39,410 bases of DNA from Bacteroidales bacterium (GCA_030017935.1 JASEGF010000001.1:1-39410), one strand, 5' to 3'; shown: positions 29,537 through 37,844, counted from the stretch's first letter. Notes: generated by a model from the sequence alone, not told the origin. Translations and numbers: made by a program.

Positions 29537-29638
29537 TTACATAATCATCGAAAAATAATACGAGAGGGGGGCTTTTGCTTCTGTTTTACTTATATTACCT
29601 TTTTTAGCAGTTAAGTCAATTAGCTGCGGTTTATCCAT
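29537..29638 (-). pseudogene. N-terminal fragment of an HU/IHF-family DNA-binding protein gene
   Basis: Translates to MDKPQLIDLTAKKGNISKTEAKAPLSYYFSMIM*. The first roughly 24 aa fit the HU N-terminus pattern (M.K.eLI..ia.k..lsK.eAkaal). Similarity is lost after a C6 run and the ORF stops at 33 aa. Confidence 0.45.
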
Positions 29639-29671
29639 AGTATTGTTTTTATTAAAATTATTACAATAAAT

Positions 29672-30307
29672 TTACCAAAAAATAGAGGCCTTAACTTTTA
29701 CCCCGTTTTCATACAGAACAATTGATGGAGCTCCTCTATTGTAAAAGTAAAAAAAACCATGTTCAATACCCATCTTATATTCACCTAAGCAAATAATTTT
29801 ATCATTTTCACGTTCTATTACTGCTCCATTAACCAAATCATCTTTAAAATAAATTATTATTTCTGCTTTAAATGATTTAGGTTTATCAGGTATAAATCGA
29901 AAGAAAAACGCACCCTGTTTCATTCCATTTTTAAATTCGCCTGAACTTACTATATATTCTTCAATATTTTTTATTTTTTTTGCTTGTTTTTTTGTAATAT
30001 TATAAAGACAATAGTACCCATCAGGTAATTTTTCTGAAAATAAGTAACTTGGACCATATCCGGAACATAAATAGTTTGAATAGATCTTAAATTTGTCAAA
30101 ATAATTTTCATCATCAATCGAAATGTAGTATGATGTGTCGTCTAAAAACAATTTAATTGTATCTTTTGGAGTATTATTAGTGTTATTAATTTTTTGTATC
30201 AGAAACTGGTCATTAGCTTTTTTTATATTTGTTGTATCTTCTTGACAATAACCCAAATCGCAAATTAACATGATAAATAAAATTAAAATAAATTCAACTA
30301 TTTTCAT
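29672..30307 (-). CDS. MORN-variant / YwqK-like repeat protein (putative immunity/antitoxin family), secreted
   Basis: 211 aa with a signal peptide. Repeated G-E-(F/Y)-K-x-G-x-x-x-G-x-F-x-F units (SGEFKNGMKQGAFFFRF, LGEYKMGIEHGFFYFYN, VLYENGVKV). Confidence 0.5.
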   Translation of the reverse strand: MKIVEFILILFIMLICDLGYCQEDTTNIKKANDQFLIQKINNTNNTPKDTIKLFLDDTSYYISIDDENYFDKFKIYSNYLCSGYGPSYLFSEKLPDGYYCLYNITKKQAKKIKNIEEYIVSSGEFKNGMKQGAFFFRFIPDKPKSFKAEIIIYFKDDLVNGAVIERENDKIICLGEYKMGIEHGFFYFYNRGAPSIVLYENGVKVKASIFW

Positions 30308-30354
30308 AAATATTTTTATTATGTAAAATTAATGAATTTTTTGAATAAATTTTT

Positions 30355-30431
30355 TATCTATTTTACTTTTCTTTGTCAACCACACAAAGAAAAGTAACAA
30401 AAGAAAAGTCTCCGCTGGGAAAATGATTTGA
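30355..30431 (+). repeat. Direct repeat copy B (5' module, continuous with the structured element)
   Basis: See copy A. Hairpin at 30365-30395, followed by AACAAAAGAAAAGTCTCCGCTGGGAAAATGATTTG. Confidence 0.85.
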
Positions 30432-30705
30432 TAAAACTACGCAATCACCTCTGGGGGTTTACAAACTCGCAAGCTATAGCTTGCTCAAACAGTGTAAACC
30501 CTTTTATCCAACGCTACTTGCTTGTTTTATTACAAATCATTTACCAATGCGCATGGAACACATCTAAAGATGTGTTTAAAGCAAACTAGTAGTTTTGGTG
30601 GGAGACGAATAGCTCGCCGTAAGGGAGGTATTGGAGGTGCTGCAATACACCACTTTCTGCATTAGTTATAAAGAAGGCGGAGATGAGATGGTCAGAGTGA
30701 AAGTA
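30355..30705 (+). ncRNA. Candidate structured non-coding RNA (unclassified; RNase-P-like blocks, non-canonical layout)
   Basis: There is no ORF of 60 aa or more on any frame. A hand count of 30441-30700 gives 110 G+C of 260 nt (about 42 percent), in a much more AT-rich context. Helices:
- 30365-76 / 30384-95
- 30421-37 / 30524-42 (17 bp with a 2-nt bulge)
- 30453-63 / 30493-503 (includes two G-T pairs that work only as plus-strand RNA)
- a 16-nt perfect palindrome at 30469-84
- 30557-64 / 30569-76
- 30628-33 / 30643-48
- long-range 30408-15 GTCTCCGC / 30677-84 GCGGAGAT. Confidence 0.4.
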
Positions 30706-30750
30706 ATTTTTCATTTATCAAATTTTTTTAGGTAAAAATTAATAATATTT

Positions 30751-31179
30751 TTACTTTTTTAATTTATACCAATTATCTGTATTTTTAACTTTAGTCCACG
30801 TAGATTCACTACTTCTTTTTTGTAGCTCATCTTCATTAGCAAACCTGACTAAAGAAAGCGTTTCAACGTCTTTCAGATAAATAAATACATTTCCAGCTGT
30901 ATCTATATACAGACGTGGAATTTTGTATTTCATAAATGTTTGTGCCAATTGTTCGAGTTTTAAAGTATCAGCTTCAACATGGTGTTCTGTTAATGACCAT
31001 TTTCCCTCTATTATTTGATGACTTTTTCTATTCAGAGTTACAATATATAACCCTATTCCTAAAGTGTCTTTTATAAAATATGGTGCATTTAACATTATAA
31101 CAATACTTTCTCTATCTTCATCTCTAATGAAAATGTGAACATTATTGAATTGTGAAAAATCCACGTATCTCGTATTCAT
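30751..31179 (-). CDS. Hypothetical protein (possibly the soluble part of a frameshifted membrane-anchored protein)
   Basis: 142-aa ORF with no recognisable motif. It overlaps the 55-aa TM ORF at 31142-31309 in another frame. Confidence 0.5.
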   Translation of the reverse strand: MNTRYVDFSQFNNVHIFIRDEDRESIVIMLNAPYFIKDTLGIGLYIVTLNRKSHQIIEGKWSLTEHHVEADTLKLEQLAQTFMKYKIPRLYIDTAGNVFIYLKDVETLSLVRFANEDELQKRSSESTWTKVKNTDNWYKLKK

Positions 31180-31309
31180 ATTTATCCAAAAATTCCTTTT
31201 CTCTTTTATTTAGTGTGTAATTACTTTCTATCCTAATTAATAAAATATCTACTATTAAAATGATTATTAATAAAAAACCTATTAGAAATAAATTTCTTGA
31301 TTTTTGCAT
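31142..31309 (-). CDS. Short ORF encoding a single TM/signal-anchor segment (55 aa)
   Basis: Hand translation: MQKSRNLFLIGFLLIIILIVDILLIRIESNYTLNKREKEFLDKYEYEIRGFFTIQ*. A TAATTTTA box lies about 15 nt upstream. It overlaps the start of the 142-aa ORF by 38 nt in a different frame. Confidence 0.3.
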   Translation of the reverse strand: MQKSRNLFLIGFLLIIILIVDILLIRIESNYTLNKREKEFLDKYEYEIRGFFTIQ

Positions 31310-31436
31310 AAATATTTTTGTTAGGTAAAATTAATGAATATTTTAGAATAAATTAAATATTTAAACTCTTTATGAAATTAAGTCTTTTCATTTTATGAAA
31401 TCAAAAAAACCTTTTATCTTTGCTAAAAAATAAATT

Positions 31437-32819
31437 ATGAAATCCAAATCAATAATTTTTTGTTTATTTTTTCTAATCTCATTAATAAATTTATGGGCAC
31501 AAAATACTATAACAAATGTAGAATTAGCCAAAATCAAAGAAAATGCTTATAAAGACTTTCATCCTGGCATTCAATCAGCTATAGTAGAAAATTCTATTAA
31601 AAAATTGTCATTAAATCCACAATTACGTAGTCTGCCAGACCCATATTTCAAATATCAAATACAAACAGGAAAGCCAACAGATCAAAAACGTTCTGGTAGA
31701 TGCTGGATGTTTGCCAGTATGAATACTATTCGTCCTTTTGTCATTCAAAAATATAATTTATCGAATTTCGAATTTTCTTATGCTTATTTGTTTTTTTATG
31801 ATCAATTAGAAAAAGCTAATTTATTTTTACAAGGAATAATCTCAACAATTGATAAGCCTATGGACGATAGACAAGTAGAGTGGTGGTTCAAAAATCCTAT
31901 TGGCGATGGTGGTGTGTGGTCTAGTTTTGTAAATTTAGTAAATAAATATGGACTGGTACCAGCAGAGGTGATGCCAGAAACCTATCATAGCAATAATACT
32001 AGTGAGATTTCATCAATTTTAGCTACGAAATTACGTGAACATGGCATTATGATGAGAGAGGCATACAATAATAATAAAAAAGCTGATTTACAAAAAATGA
32101 AATTAGATGCTCTAAGTGAAATCTATCGCATCTTAGTTTATGCTTTTGGTGAGCCTCCTACGACATTTTCTTATAGATTTGTTGATAAAACTAATAAACC
32201 TACTGAGTTGAAAACATATACTCCTATGAGTTTTTATAAAGAAATCATAGAAATAAATTTCAATGATTTTGTCATGCTTATGAATGACCCTACTAGACCG
32301 TATTATAAGGTTTACGAAATAGAATATGATAGGAATATGGTAGAAGGTATAAATTGGAAATATCTCAATCTACCAATGAATGAAATAAAATCTTTAGCTT
32401 TAAAATCTCTTAAAGATTCTATGCCAATGTATTTCTCATGTGATGTAGGTAAACAATTAAATAATGATATAGGTCTATTAGATGTAAATAATTATATGTA
32501 TGACACTTTATTTAATATGCCTTTCAGAATGGATAAAAAACAAAGAATATTAACCTTTGCTAGTGGATCTTCTCATGGAATGAACATAATAGGTGTAGAT
32601 ACTGATAATAATGATGTACCTACTCGCTGGCTGATAGAGAATAGCTGGGGTAATGCGGGATATAATGGTAAATTAATAATGACTGACAAATGGATGGATG
32701 AATATCTTTTTAGACTAGTTGTCAATAAAAAATATTTCTCTGCTGAAACTTTAAAATTGTTAGAACAAGATCCAATACTTTTACCTAGTTGGGATCCAAT
32801 GTACAGAATGGATGAATAG
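31437..32819 (+). CDS. pepC: Aminopeptidase C / bleomycin-hydrolase-type cysteine peptidase (C1B), with a signal peptide
   Basis: QKRSGRCWMFASMN catalytic-Cys block, C-terminal HGMNIIGVD...ENSWG His/Asn blocks, and N-terminal MKSKSIIFCLFFLISLINLWAQ. Confidence 0.9.
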   Translation: MKSKSIIFCLFFLISLINLWAQNTITNVELAKIKENAYKDFHPGIQSAIVENSIKKLSLNPQLRSLPDPYFKYQIQTGKPTDQKRSGRCWMFASMNTIRPFVIQKYNLSNFEFSYAYLFFYDQLEKANLFLQGIISTIDKPMDDRQVEWWFKNPIGDGGVWSSFVNLVNKYGLVPAEVMPETYHSNNTSEISSILATKLREHGIMMREAYNNNKKADLQKMKLDALSEIYRILVYAFGEPPTTFSYRFVDKTNKPTELKTYTPMSFYKEIIEINFNDFVMLMNDPTRPYYKVYEIEYDRNMVEGINWKYLNLPMNEIKSLALKSLKDSMPMYFSCDVGKQLNNDIGLLDVNNYMYDTLFNMPFRMDKKQRILTFASGSSHGMNIIGVDTDNNDVPTRWLIENSWGNAGYNGKLIMTDKWMDEYLFRLVVNKKYFSAETLKLLEQDPILLPSWDPMYRMDE

Positions 32820-32848
32820 TTTAAAATATTTTAATGTTGTTTAAATGT

Positions 32849-32996
32849 TTTGCTTAACCATTCAAACTTATCACCTTTCACCCCTTCTCCCCGTCACATA
32901 GTCTCCCTCTCTCCCCTTTTCCCAGTCTCCCCGTCCCTTTCTCCTTGTCCCTTTCACCTTTCACCTTGTACCTTGTACCTTGTACCTTTTACCTGT
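32849..32996 (-). repeat. Second copy of the purine-rich core plus heptamer-array element (G-rich strand is the minus strand)
   Basis: The reverse complement reads GGTAAAA GGTACAA GGTACAA GGTACAA GGTGAAA GGTGAAA GGGACAA GGAGAAA GGGACGGGGAGACTGGGAAAAGGGG...GTGACGGGGAGAAGGGGTGAAAGGTGATAAGTTTGAATGGTTAAGCAAAA. It shares GGAGACTGGGA, GTGACGGGGAGAA, GGTGATAAG and GTTAAGCAAAA with 11739-11875. Confidence 0.8.
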
Positions 32997-33026
32997 ATAC
33001 AATACGTTTCACAAAAATATTAGCCT

Positions 33027-34151
33027 CTAAAAATATTCTTTTAATCTTTCGAATAGTGATTTACCAGATGATTGTCTTTGCACATTAAAATCTTTCATTT
33101 TTTTCATTTCTTCTAGCAAAGTTTTTTCTTCTTTGGTAATTTTGTCAGGTACATGAATATTTATGCTCACAATGAAATCTCCTTTTTGAGATGAATTAAT
33201 ATCTGGCAACCCTTTATTTCTCAGTCTAAACAATTTACCTGGTTGAGTGCCAGGAGGTATTTTAATTGTAGCTTTACCATTTAAAATAGGTATTTCAATT
33301 TCAGTGCCTAAAACTGCGTCTGGATAAGAAATATAATGTTCGTAAAAAATATTTAAACCATCTCTTTTAAATAATGGATGTTCTTCTTCTTCTATTAAAA
33401 CTATTAAATCACCTGGAACGCCATATAATATTTGATTACCTTGACCTTTCAGTGTTATTTGCATGTCTTGCAGAGCACCTGGAGGGATTTTAATAGTAAC
33501 AACTTCTTTAGAATCTTCTTGACCAGTGCCACCGCAATGTTCGCATTTTTCTTTTACAATTTTTCCTTTACCATTACAATTAGGACAAACATTAGTAGAT
33601 TGCACACGTCCGAAAAGTGTATTTGTAATTTGAGTAACCCTGCCAGTGCCATGGCAAGTAGGACAAGTAATTATGCTTGCTTCAGATTTAGCTCCTATAC
33701 CTTCACAAACATGACAAACCACTTTTTTATTTAAAGTAACTTTTTTTTCTACACCTGTAAGTATTTCTTCTAGTGTTAATTTGATACGAATACGAATATT
33801 AGTGGCTTTTTGAGTATATGCTTGATAATAATTCCCCTCTCCAGGTCTCCTTCTAAAACCAAAAAAGTCATCGAAGATATCATTTAAATTAGAAAAAATA
33901 TCATCGTCATTGCTAAAAAAATCATCACTCATGCCCGCTTCGCCATACTTATCATATCTCTGCCTTTTGTCTGCATCACCCAATACTGCATAGGCTTCAG
34001 CAATTTCTTTAAATTTTTCTTCAGCTTCTTTATTTTCTGGATTTCTATCTGGATGATATTTCATTGCTAGCTTACGATAAGCTTTTTTTATCTCATCATC
34101 ACTAGCATTTTTAGCTACACCTAAAATTTCGTAATAATCTTTCTTTGCCAC
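33027..34151 (-). CDS. dnaJ: Molecular chaperone DnaJ
   Basis: J domain (DYYEILGV...[16 protein letters not shown]) and four CxxCxGxG zinc-finger repeats. Confidence 0.97.
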   Translation of the reverse strand: MAKKDYYEILGVAKNASDDEIKKAYRKLAMKYHPDRNPENKEAEEKFKEIAEAYAVLGDADKRQRYDKYGEAGMSDDFFSNDDDIFSNLNDIFDDFFGFRRRPGEGNYYQAYTQKATNIRIRIKLTLEEILTGVEKKVTLNKKVVCHVCEGIGAKSEASIITCPTCHGTGRVTQITNTLFGRVQSTNVCPNCNGKGKIVKEKCEHCGGTGQEDSKEVVTIKIPPGALQDMQITLKGQGNQILYGVPGDLIVLIEEEEHPLFKRDGLNIFYEHYISYPDAVLGTEIEIPILNGKATIKIPPGTQPGKLFRLRNKGLPDINSSQKGDFIVSINIHVPDKITKEEKTLLEEMKKMKDFNVQRQSSGKSLFERLKEYF

Positions 34152-34161
34152 AATCTAATTT

Positions 34162-34722
34162 TTATTGATAAACGACAACTTTTGCATAACGTAAAACCAC
34201 GGGACGGTCTTGTAGATTTAATTTATATCCTTTCATCAAAACATCAGCAACAGTATTTTTCTTTTCATCAGGCCCCTCGATGGTACTAATAGCCTCGTGT
34301 AATTCTATATCAAATGGTTCATTTATGGGATTAATTTCTTCTACTCCATATTTTTTTAAAATATTTAAAAATTTTTGATAAATTAATTTATATGCGTCAG
34401 AAATCGCGTCTAAAGTTTGATTTTTTTCTATTGCTTCTAACCCTCTTTCTATATCATCGATAATCGGTAAAAGATCAATAATCAATTGCATATTAGCTGT
34501 GTCTATGAGGTTTAGTTTTTCTTTGTTAGTTCTTTTTTTATAATTATCAAACTCAGCATATAATCTCAAATATTTATCATTGAGTTGATTATTTTGATTT
34601 TTTAATTCGTCTAAATATTTTTGGATTTCATCTTTATTACTCTCTTCTTGAACATCCGTGTTGATTTCTTCTGGATTTTCGAGGTTATTTTCTTCATTAT
34701 TCAAAACATCTTTCTCTTTCAT
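34162..34722 (-). CDS. grpE: Nucleotide exchange factor GrpE
   Basis: YLRLYAEFDNYKKRTNKE and PFDIELHEAIS blocks. It lies immediately upstream of dnaJ. Confidence 0.95.
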   Translation of the reverse strand: MKEKDVLNNEENNLENPEEINTDVQEESNKDEIQKYLDELKNQNNQLNDKYLRLYAEFDNYKKRTNKEKLNLIDTANMQLIIDLLPIIDDIERGLEAIEKNQTLDAISDAYKLIYQKFLNILKKYGVEEINPINEPFDIELHEAISTIEGPDEKKNTVADVLMKGYKLNLQDRPVVLRYAKVVVYQ

Positions 34723-34764
34723 ATAAATATTTTTTTAAAGTTAATGGCAAAATTCTTGCCTTTA

Positions 34765-35871
34765 TTAAAATTTAGACAATTTGTCAGGAACTGGAATATT
34801 TGATTCATTTAATATTTGTTTAAGTTCATTTATGACTTCTGGTAAAATTGGAATACCATTTTTTTTATGAAAATTAGTTTTTTCGACTTCAGGATCATTA
34901 GGTATAAGGACAGGCTGATTAGGGTCAATGGGAGTAGTTGCTCTCATAGTTCTAATCCATAAATCCATATAATTTTTTACCTCATCAGCTGGTCTAAAAG
35001 CATCCAGTTTGATAGCAGCAAAAAAATGTCCTAATCCTTTGCCAGGATAATAATCCTTTTCTGGAAAATAACTAACCTGTGGCGGCACAAAATTACCAAA
35101 ATTAGCTCCTGATAATATAGCTGTCAATATATCCACTATTGCAGTTAAACAATATCCTTTATAGCCAGCATGCTCATAATCGCCACCTAAAGGTAAAATG
35201 GTTCCTTTTTTTCTCAAAACAGATGGGTCAGTTATAGGTATACCATCGGCAGTTTGTAGCATACCTTCTGGGACAGTTTTGCCCTGTTTTTCCAATAATT
35301 CGACTTTACCTCGCGCTATAGGTACAGTAGCGAAATCGGCTAAAAACACTGGTTCATTATTTGTAGGCATAGCAAAAGCAATAGGATTAGTACCAAGCAT
35401 TGCCTGTTTAGCGAATGTAGGAGCTACTGTTGGGTTAGCATTAGTCATTGCTATACCTATCATATCGTGCTTTACAGCCTTGATAGCATAATATCCTGCT
35501 ATACCGAAATGATTCGAATTATTAACAACCACAACGCCACAACCTGCATTTTGAGCTTTTGATATAGCTAAATTCATAGCAAAATCACCACTAATCATTC
35601 CTAAACCATTATCACCATCTACTAGACCTGTAGCTAAACTTTCTTTAATAATTTTTGGTTTAGCATTAATATTTAGTCTGTTTTTTTGCCATAAACCTAG
35701 ATAATCTTTTACTCTCACTAAACCATGTGATGGTATGCCTCGCAGTTCAGCTTCTACTAGTACATCGGCCACTAATTCTGCATCTTCTTTATTCATTCCA
35801 ATAGTTGAAAAAATTTCAATTATAGATAATTTTAAATCTTTATAATCAATGATAAATTTATCGGAGTTCAT
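34765..35871 (-). CDS. Ldh_2-family (malate/L-lactate/ureidoglycolate-type) NAD(P)H-dependent oxidoreductase
   Basis: AELRGIPSHGL, SNHFGIAGYY and MLGTNPIAFA blocks. The ATG at 35871 (MNSDKF) is preferred because it avoids overlap with rny. Confidence 0.8.
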   Translation of the reverse strand: MNSDKFIIDYKDLKLSIIEIFSTIGMNKEDAELVADVLVEAELRGIPSHGLVRVKDYLGLWQKNRLNINAKPKIIKESLATGLVDGDNGLGMISGDFAMNLAISKAQNAGCGVVVVNNSNHFGIAGYYAIKAVKHDMIGIAMTNANPTVAPTFAKQAMLGTNPIAFAMPTNNEPVFLADFATVPIARGKVELLEKQGKTVPEGMLQTADGIPITDPSVLRKKGTILPLGGDYEHAGYKGYCLTAIVDILTAILSGANFGNFVPPQVSYFPEKDYYPGKGLGHFFAAIKLDAFRPADEVKNYMDLWIRTMRATTPIDPNQPVLIPNDPEVEKTNFHKKNGIPILPEVINELKQILNESNIPVPDKLSKF

Positions 35872-35893
35872 ATTTTTTAGAACAATTATTAAA

Positions 35894-37435
35894 TTATTTA
35901 GCAAAAGAAACAGCTCTTGTTTCTCGAATAACTGTAACTTTAATTTGGCCTGGGTATGTCAATGAATTTTCTATTTTTTTGCTAAGGTCCATAGATAATT
36001 GAAAAGCTTCTGCATCAGAAATTTGATCAGCAGAAACGATAACACGTATTTCTCTACCAGCTTGAATAGCAAAAGATTTTTGGACTCCATTATAATTTTG
36101 AGCAATATTTTCTAACTCTTTAATACGAGTAATATATGCATCTATAACATCTCTACGTGCACCAGGTCTAGCACCACTAATAGCGTCGCATACTTGAATG
36201 ATTGGAGCTAATAAGCTAGTAGCTTCTACTTCATCATGATGAGCACCAATAGCATTAATAACTTCAGGATGCTCTTTATATTTTTCTGCTAATTTCATAC
36301 CTAACATAGCATGAGGTAATTCTGGTTCATTATCAGGAACTTTACCAATATCGTGCAATAAACCAGCTCTTTTAGCCATTTTAGGATTGAGACCAAGCTC
36401 TGCTGCCATAGTAGCACACATTAGAGCTACTTCTTTACTATGTGCTAGGAGATTTTGTCCAAAAGAAGTACGATATTTCATTTTACCAATTAATCGAATC
36501 AAATCTGGATGCATATTAGTGATACCAAGATCTATGAGCGTATCTTTACCTACTTTCATAATTTCCTGCTCGATTTGTTTTTTCACTTTAGCTACTACTT
36601 CTTCTATACGAGCGGGTTGTATACGGCCATCAGCCACTAGCATTTCTAAAGATAATCTAGCTATTTCTCGCCTTACTGGATCAAAAGAAGATAAAACAAT
36701 CAAATCTGGTGTATCATCAATGATTATTTCTACACCAGTAGCAGCTTCTAAAGTTTTAATATTTCTACCATCTCTTCCGATAATTCTTCCTTTCATATCA
36801 TCACCAGCAATAGGGAAAGTGCTTACAGCAGCTTCAGATGAATATTCTGTAGCTGTACGTTGTATAGTTTCAATAATGATTTTTCTAGATTCTTCTTCTG
36901 CTTGCATACGAGCTTCATCTACGAGATTTTTAACATAATTGCTCACTTGGATTCTAGCATCTTCTTTCATTGACTCTATCAGTTCTGTACGAGCTTGTTC
37001 AGCAGTTAATCCAGCAATTCTCTCTAATTGATGTTGATATGCTTTTAGAGTTTCATCAGTCTTTTCGATTTTTTCATTCAGAGAAGCTTGATCTTTGATT
37101 AATTGTTCTTTTTGTTGATTATACTCTTTAATTTTCTTTTGCAACTCATCATTTTTTTGCTTAATCATGAGATCTTGCTGCAAAAGTTTATTTTCTAAAG
37201 CATCAAGTTTTTTTGTTTTTTGTTGTATTTCCTCTTCAGCTCTTGTTTTATATTGAAGAGATTTTTCTTTAGCCTCGAGTATTTTTTCTTGTTTCAATAC
37301 TTCAGCTTGTTTTTGAGCATCTTGTAATATATTATCACGTTTTTTTAAAGCATTTCGCTTAATCATGAAATACCAAGCTGTTATGCCAATAGCTATTACA
37401 GCTATTTCTATCACCAATATCACTACATTTGTCAT
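35894..37435 (-). CDS. rny: Ribonuclease Y
   Basis: N-terminal TM helix, long coiled coil, KH domain ([12 protein letters not shown]) and HD domain (HSKEVA...LLHDIGK...HH). Confidence 0.95.
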   Translation of the reverse strand: MTNVVILVIEIAVIAIGITAWYFMIKRNALKKRDNILQDAQKQAEVLKQEKILEAKEKSLQYKTRAEEEIQQKTKKLDALENKLLQQDLMIKQKNDELQKKIKEYNQQKEQLIKDQASLNEKIEKTDETLKAYQHQLERIAGLTAEQARTELIESMKEDARIQVSNYVKNLVDEARMQAEEESRKIIIETIQRTATEYSSEAAVSTFPIAGDDMKGRIIGRDGRNIKTLEAATGVEIIIDDTPDLIVLSSFDPVRREIARLSLEMLVADGRIQPARIEEVVAKVKKQIEQEIMKVGKDTLIDLGITNMHPDLIRLIGKMKYRTSFGQNLLAHSKEVALMCATMAAELGLNPKMAKRAGLLHDIGKVPDNEPELPHAMLGMKLAEKYKEHPEVINAIGAHHDEVEATSLLAPIIQVCDAISGARPGARRDVIDAYITRIKELENIAQNYNGVQKSFAIQAGREIRVIVSADQISDAEAFQLSMDLSKKIENSLTYPGQIKVTVIRETRAVSFAK

Positions 37436-37550
37436 AGTTTTATATTTTTTTAGTTAGTTAATTTATTTTTTTTAATTTAAAATTAAAAAAATTAGTTTTT
37501 AGAATGCTATGACAATATTTGGAGAAGAGTAAGGTGTAAAATAATAAAAC

Positions 37551-37838
37551 TCACACTTCTGTATCAAATAAAGATAATATTTGCTCCAATCTACCACCTA
37601 ATTCTTCCTCTACAAAAAGATGTTCTTGTTGTAATTTTGATAAAGTAATAGCCTGCTCTATTAGTAGCATTGATAAAAGAGTTTGTAGGCTTTGTCCAGT
37701 ATATTTGCGTGAGTATATCGTTAATTGCTCATCTAGAGCTTTTACAATTTTTCTAATATTAGCTTCATCACTTACATTTACTTTTAGAGGTATGGCTATG
37801 CCACCTAAACTAACATTAATATTAATAGTTCCCTCCAT
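37551..37838 (-). CDS. zapA: Cell division protein ZapA-like
   Basis: 95 aa. N-terminal beta segment (ININVSLGGIAIPLKV) followed by a helical tail. It has ZapA size and pattern and lies upstream of rny. Confidence 0.65.
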   Translation of the reverse strand: MEGTININVSLGGIAIPLKVNVSDEANIRKIVKALDEQLTIYSRKYTGQSLQTLLSMLLIEQAITLSKLQQEHLFVEEELGGRLEQILSLFDTEV

Positions 37839-37844
37839 TTCACC

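Noticed and set aside
30508-30530. SRP (4.5S) RNA, because AACGCTACT matches a 9-mer of E. coli 4.5S RNA
   Set aside because: No GGAA/AGCA symmetric-loop motif (..CCGGAAGGAAGCAGCC..) and no complementary 3' strand are present. The match is treated as chance.
30355-30705. Calling this element the canonical RNase P RNA gene (rnpB)
   Set aside because: CR-I-like, CR-II/III-like and CR-V-like blocks and a P4-type pairing are visible. Only about 28 nt separate the P13-like hairpin from the P4 3' strand, so P14, the closing strands of P5/P7/P10, J5/15 and P15-P18 are missing. A 120-nt hairpin sits between P4 and the S-domain-like part. The 5' module is also repeated elsewhere. It is kept as an unclassified ncRNA candidate pending cmsearch.
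37436-37550. 6S RNA (ssrS) next to zapA, as in E. coli
   Set aside because: The gap is only about 115 nt, extremely AT-rich, and lacks an extended duplex with a central bubble.
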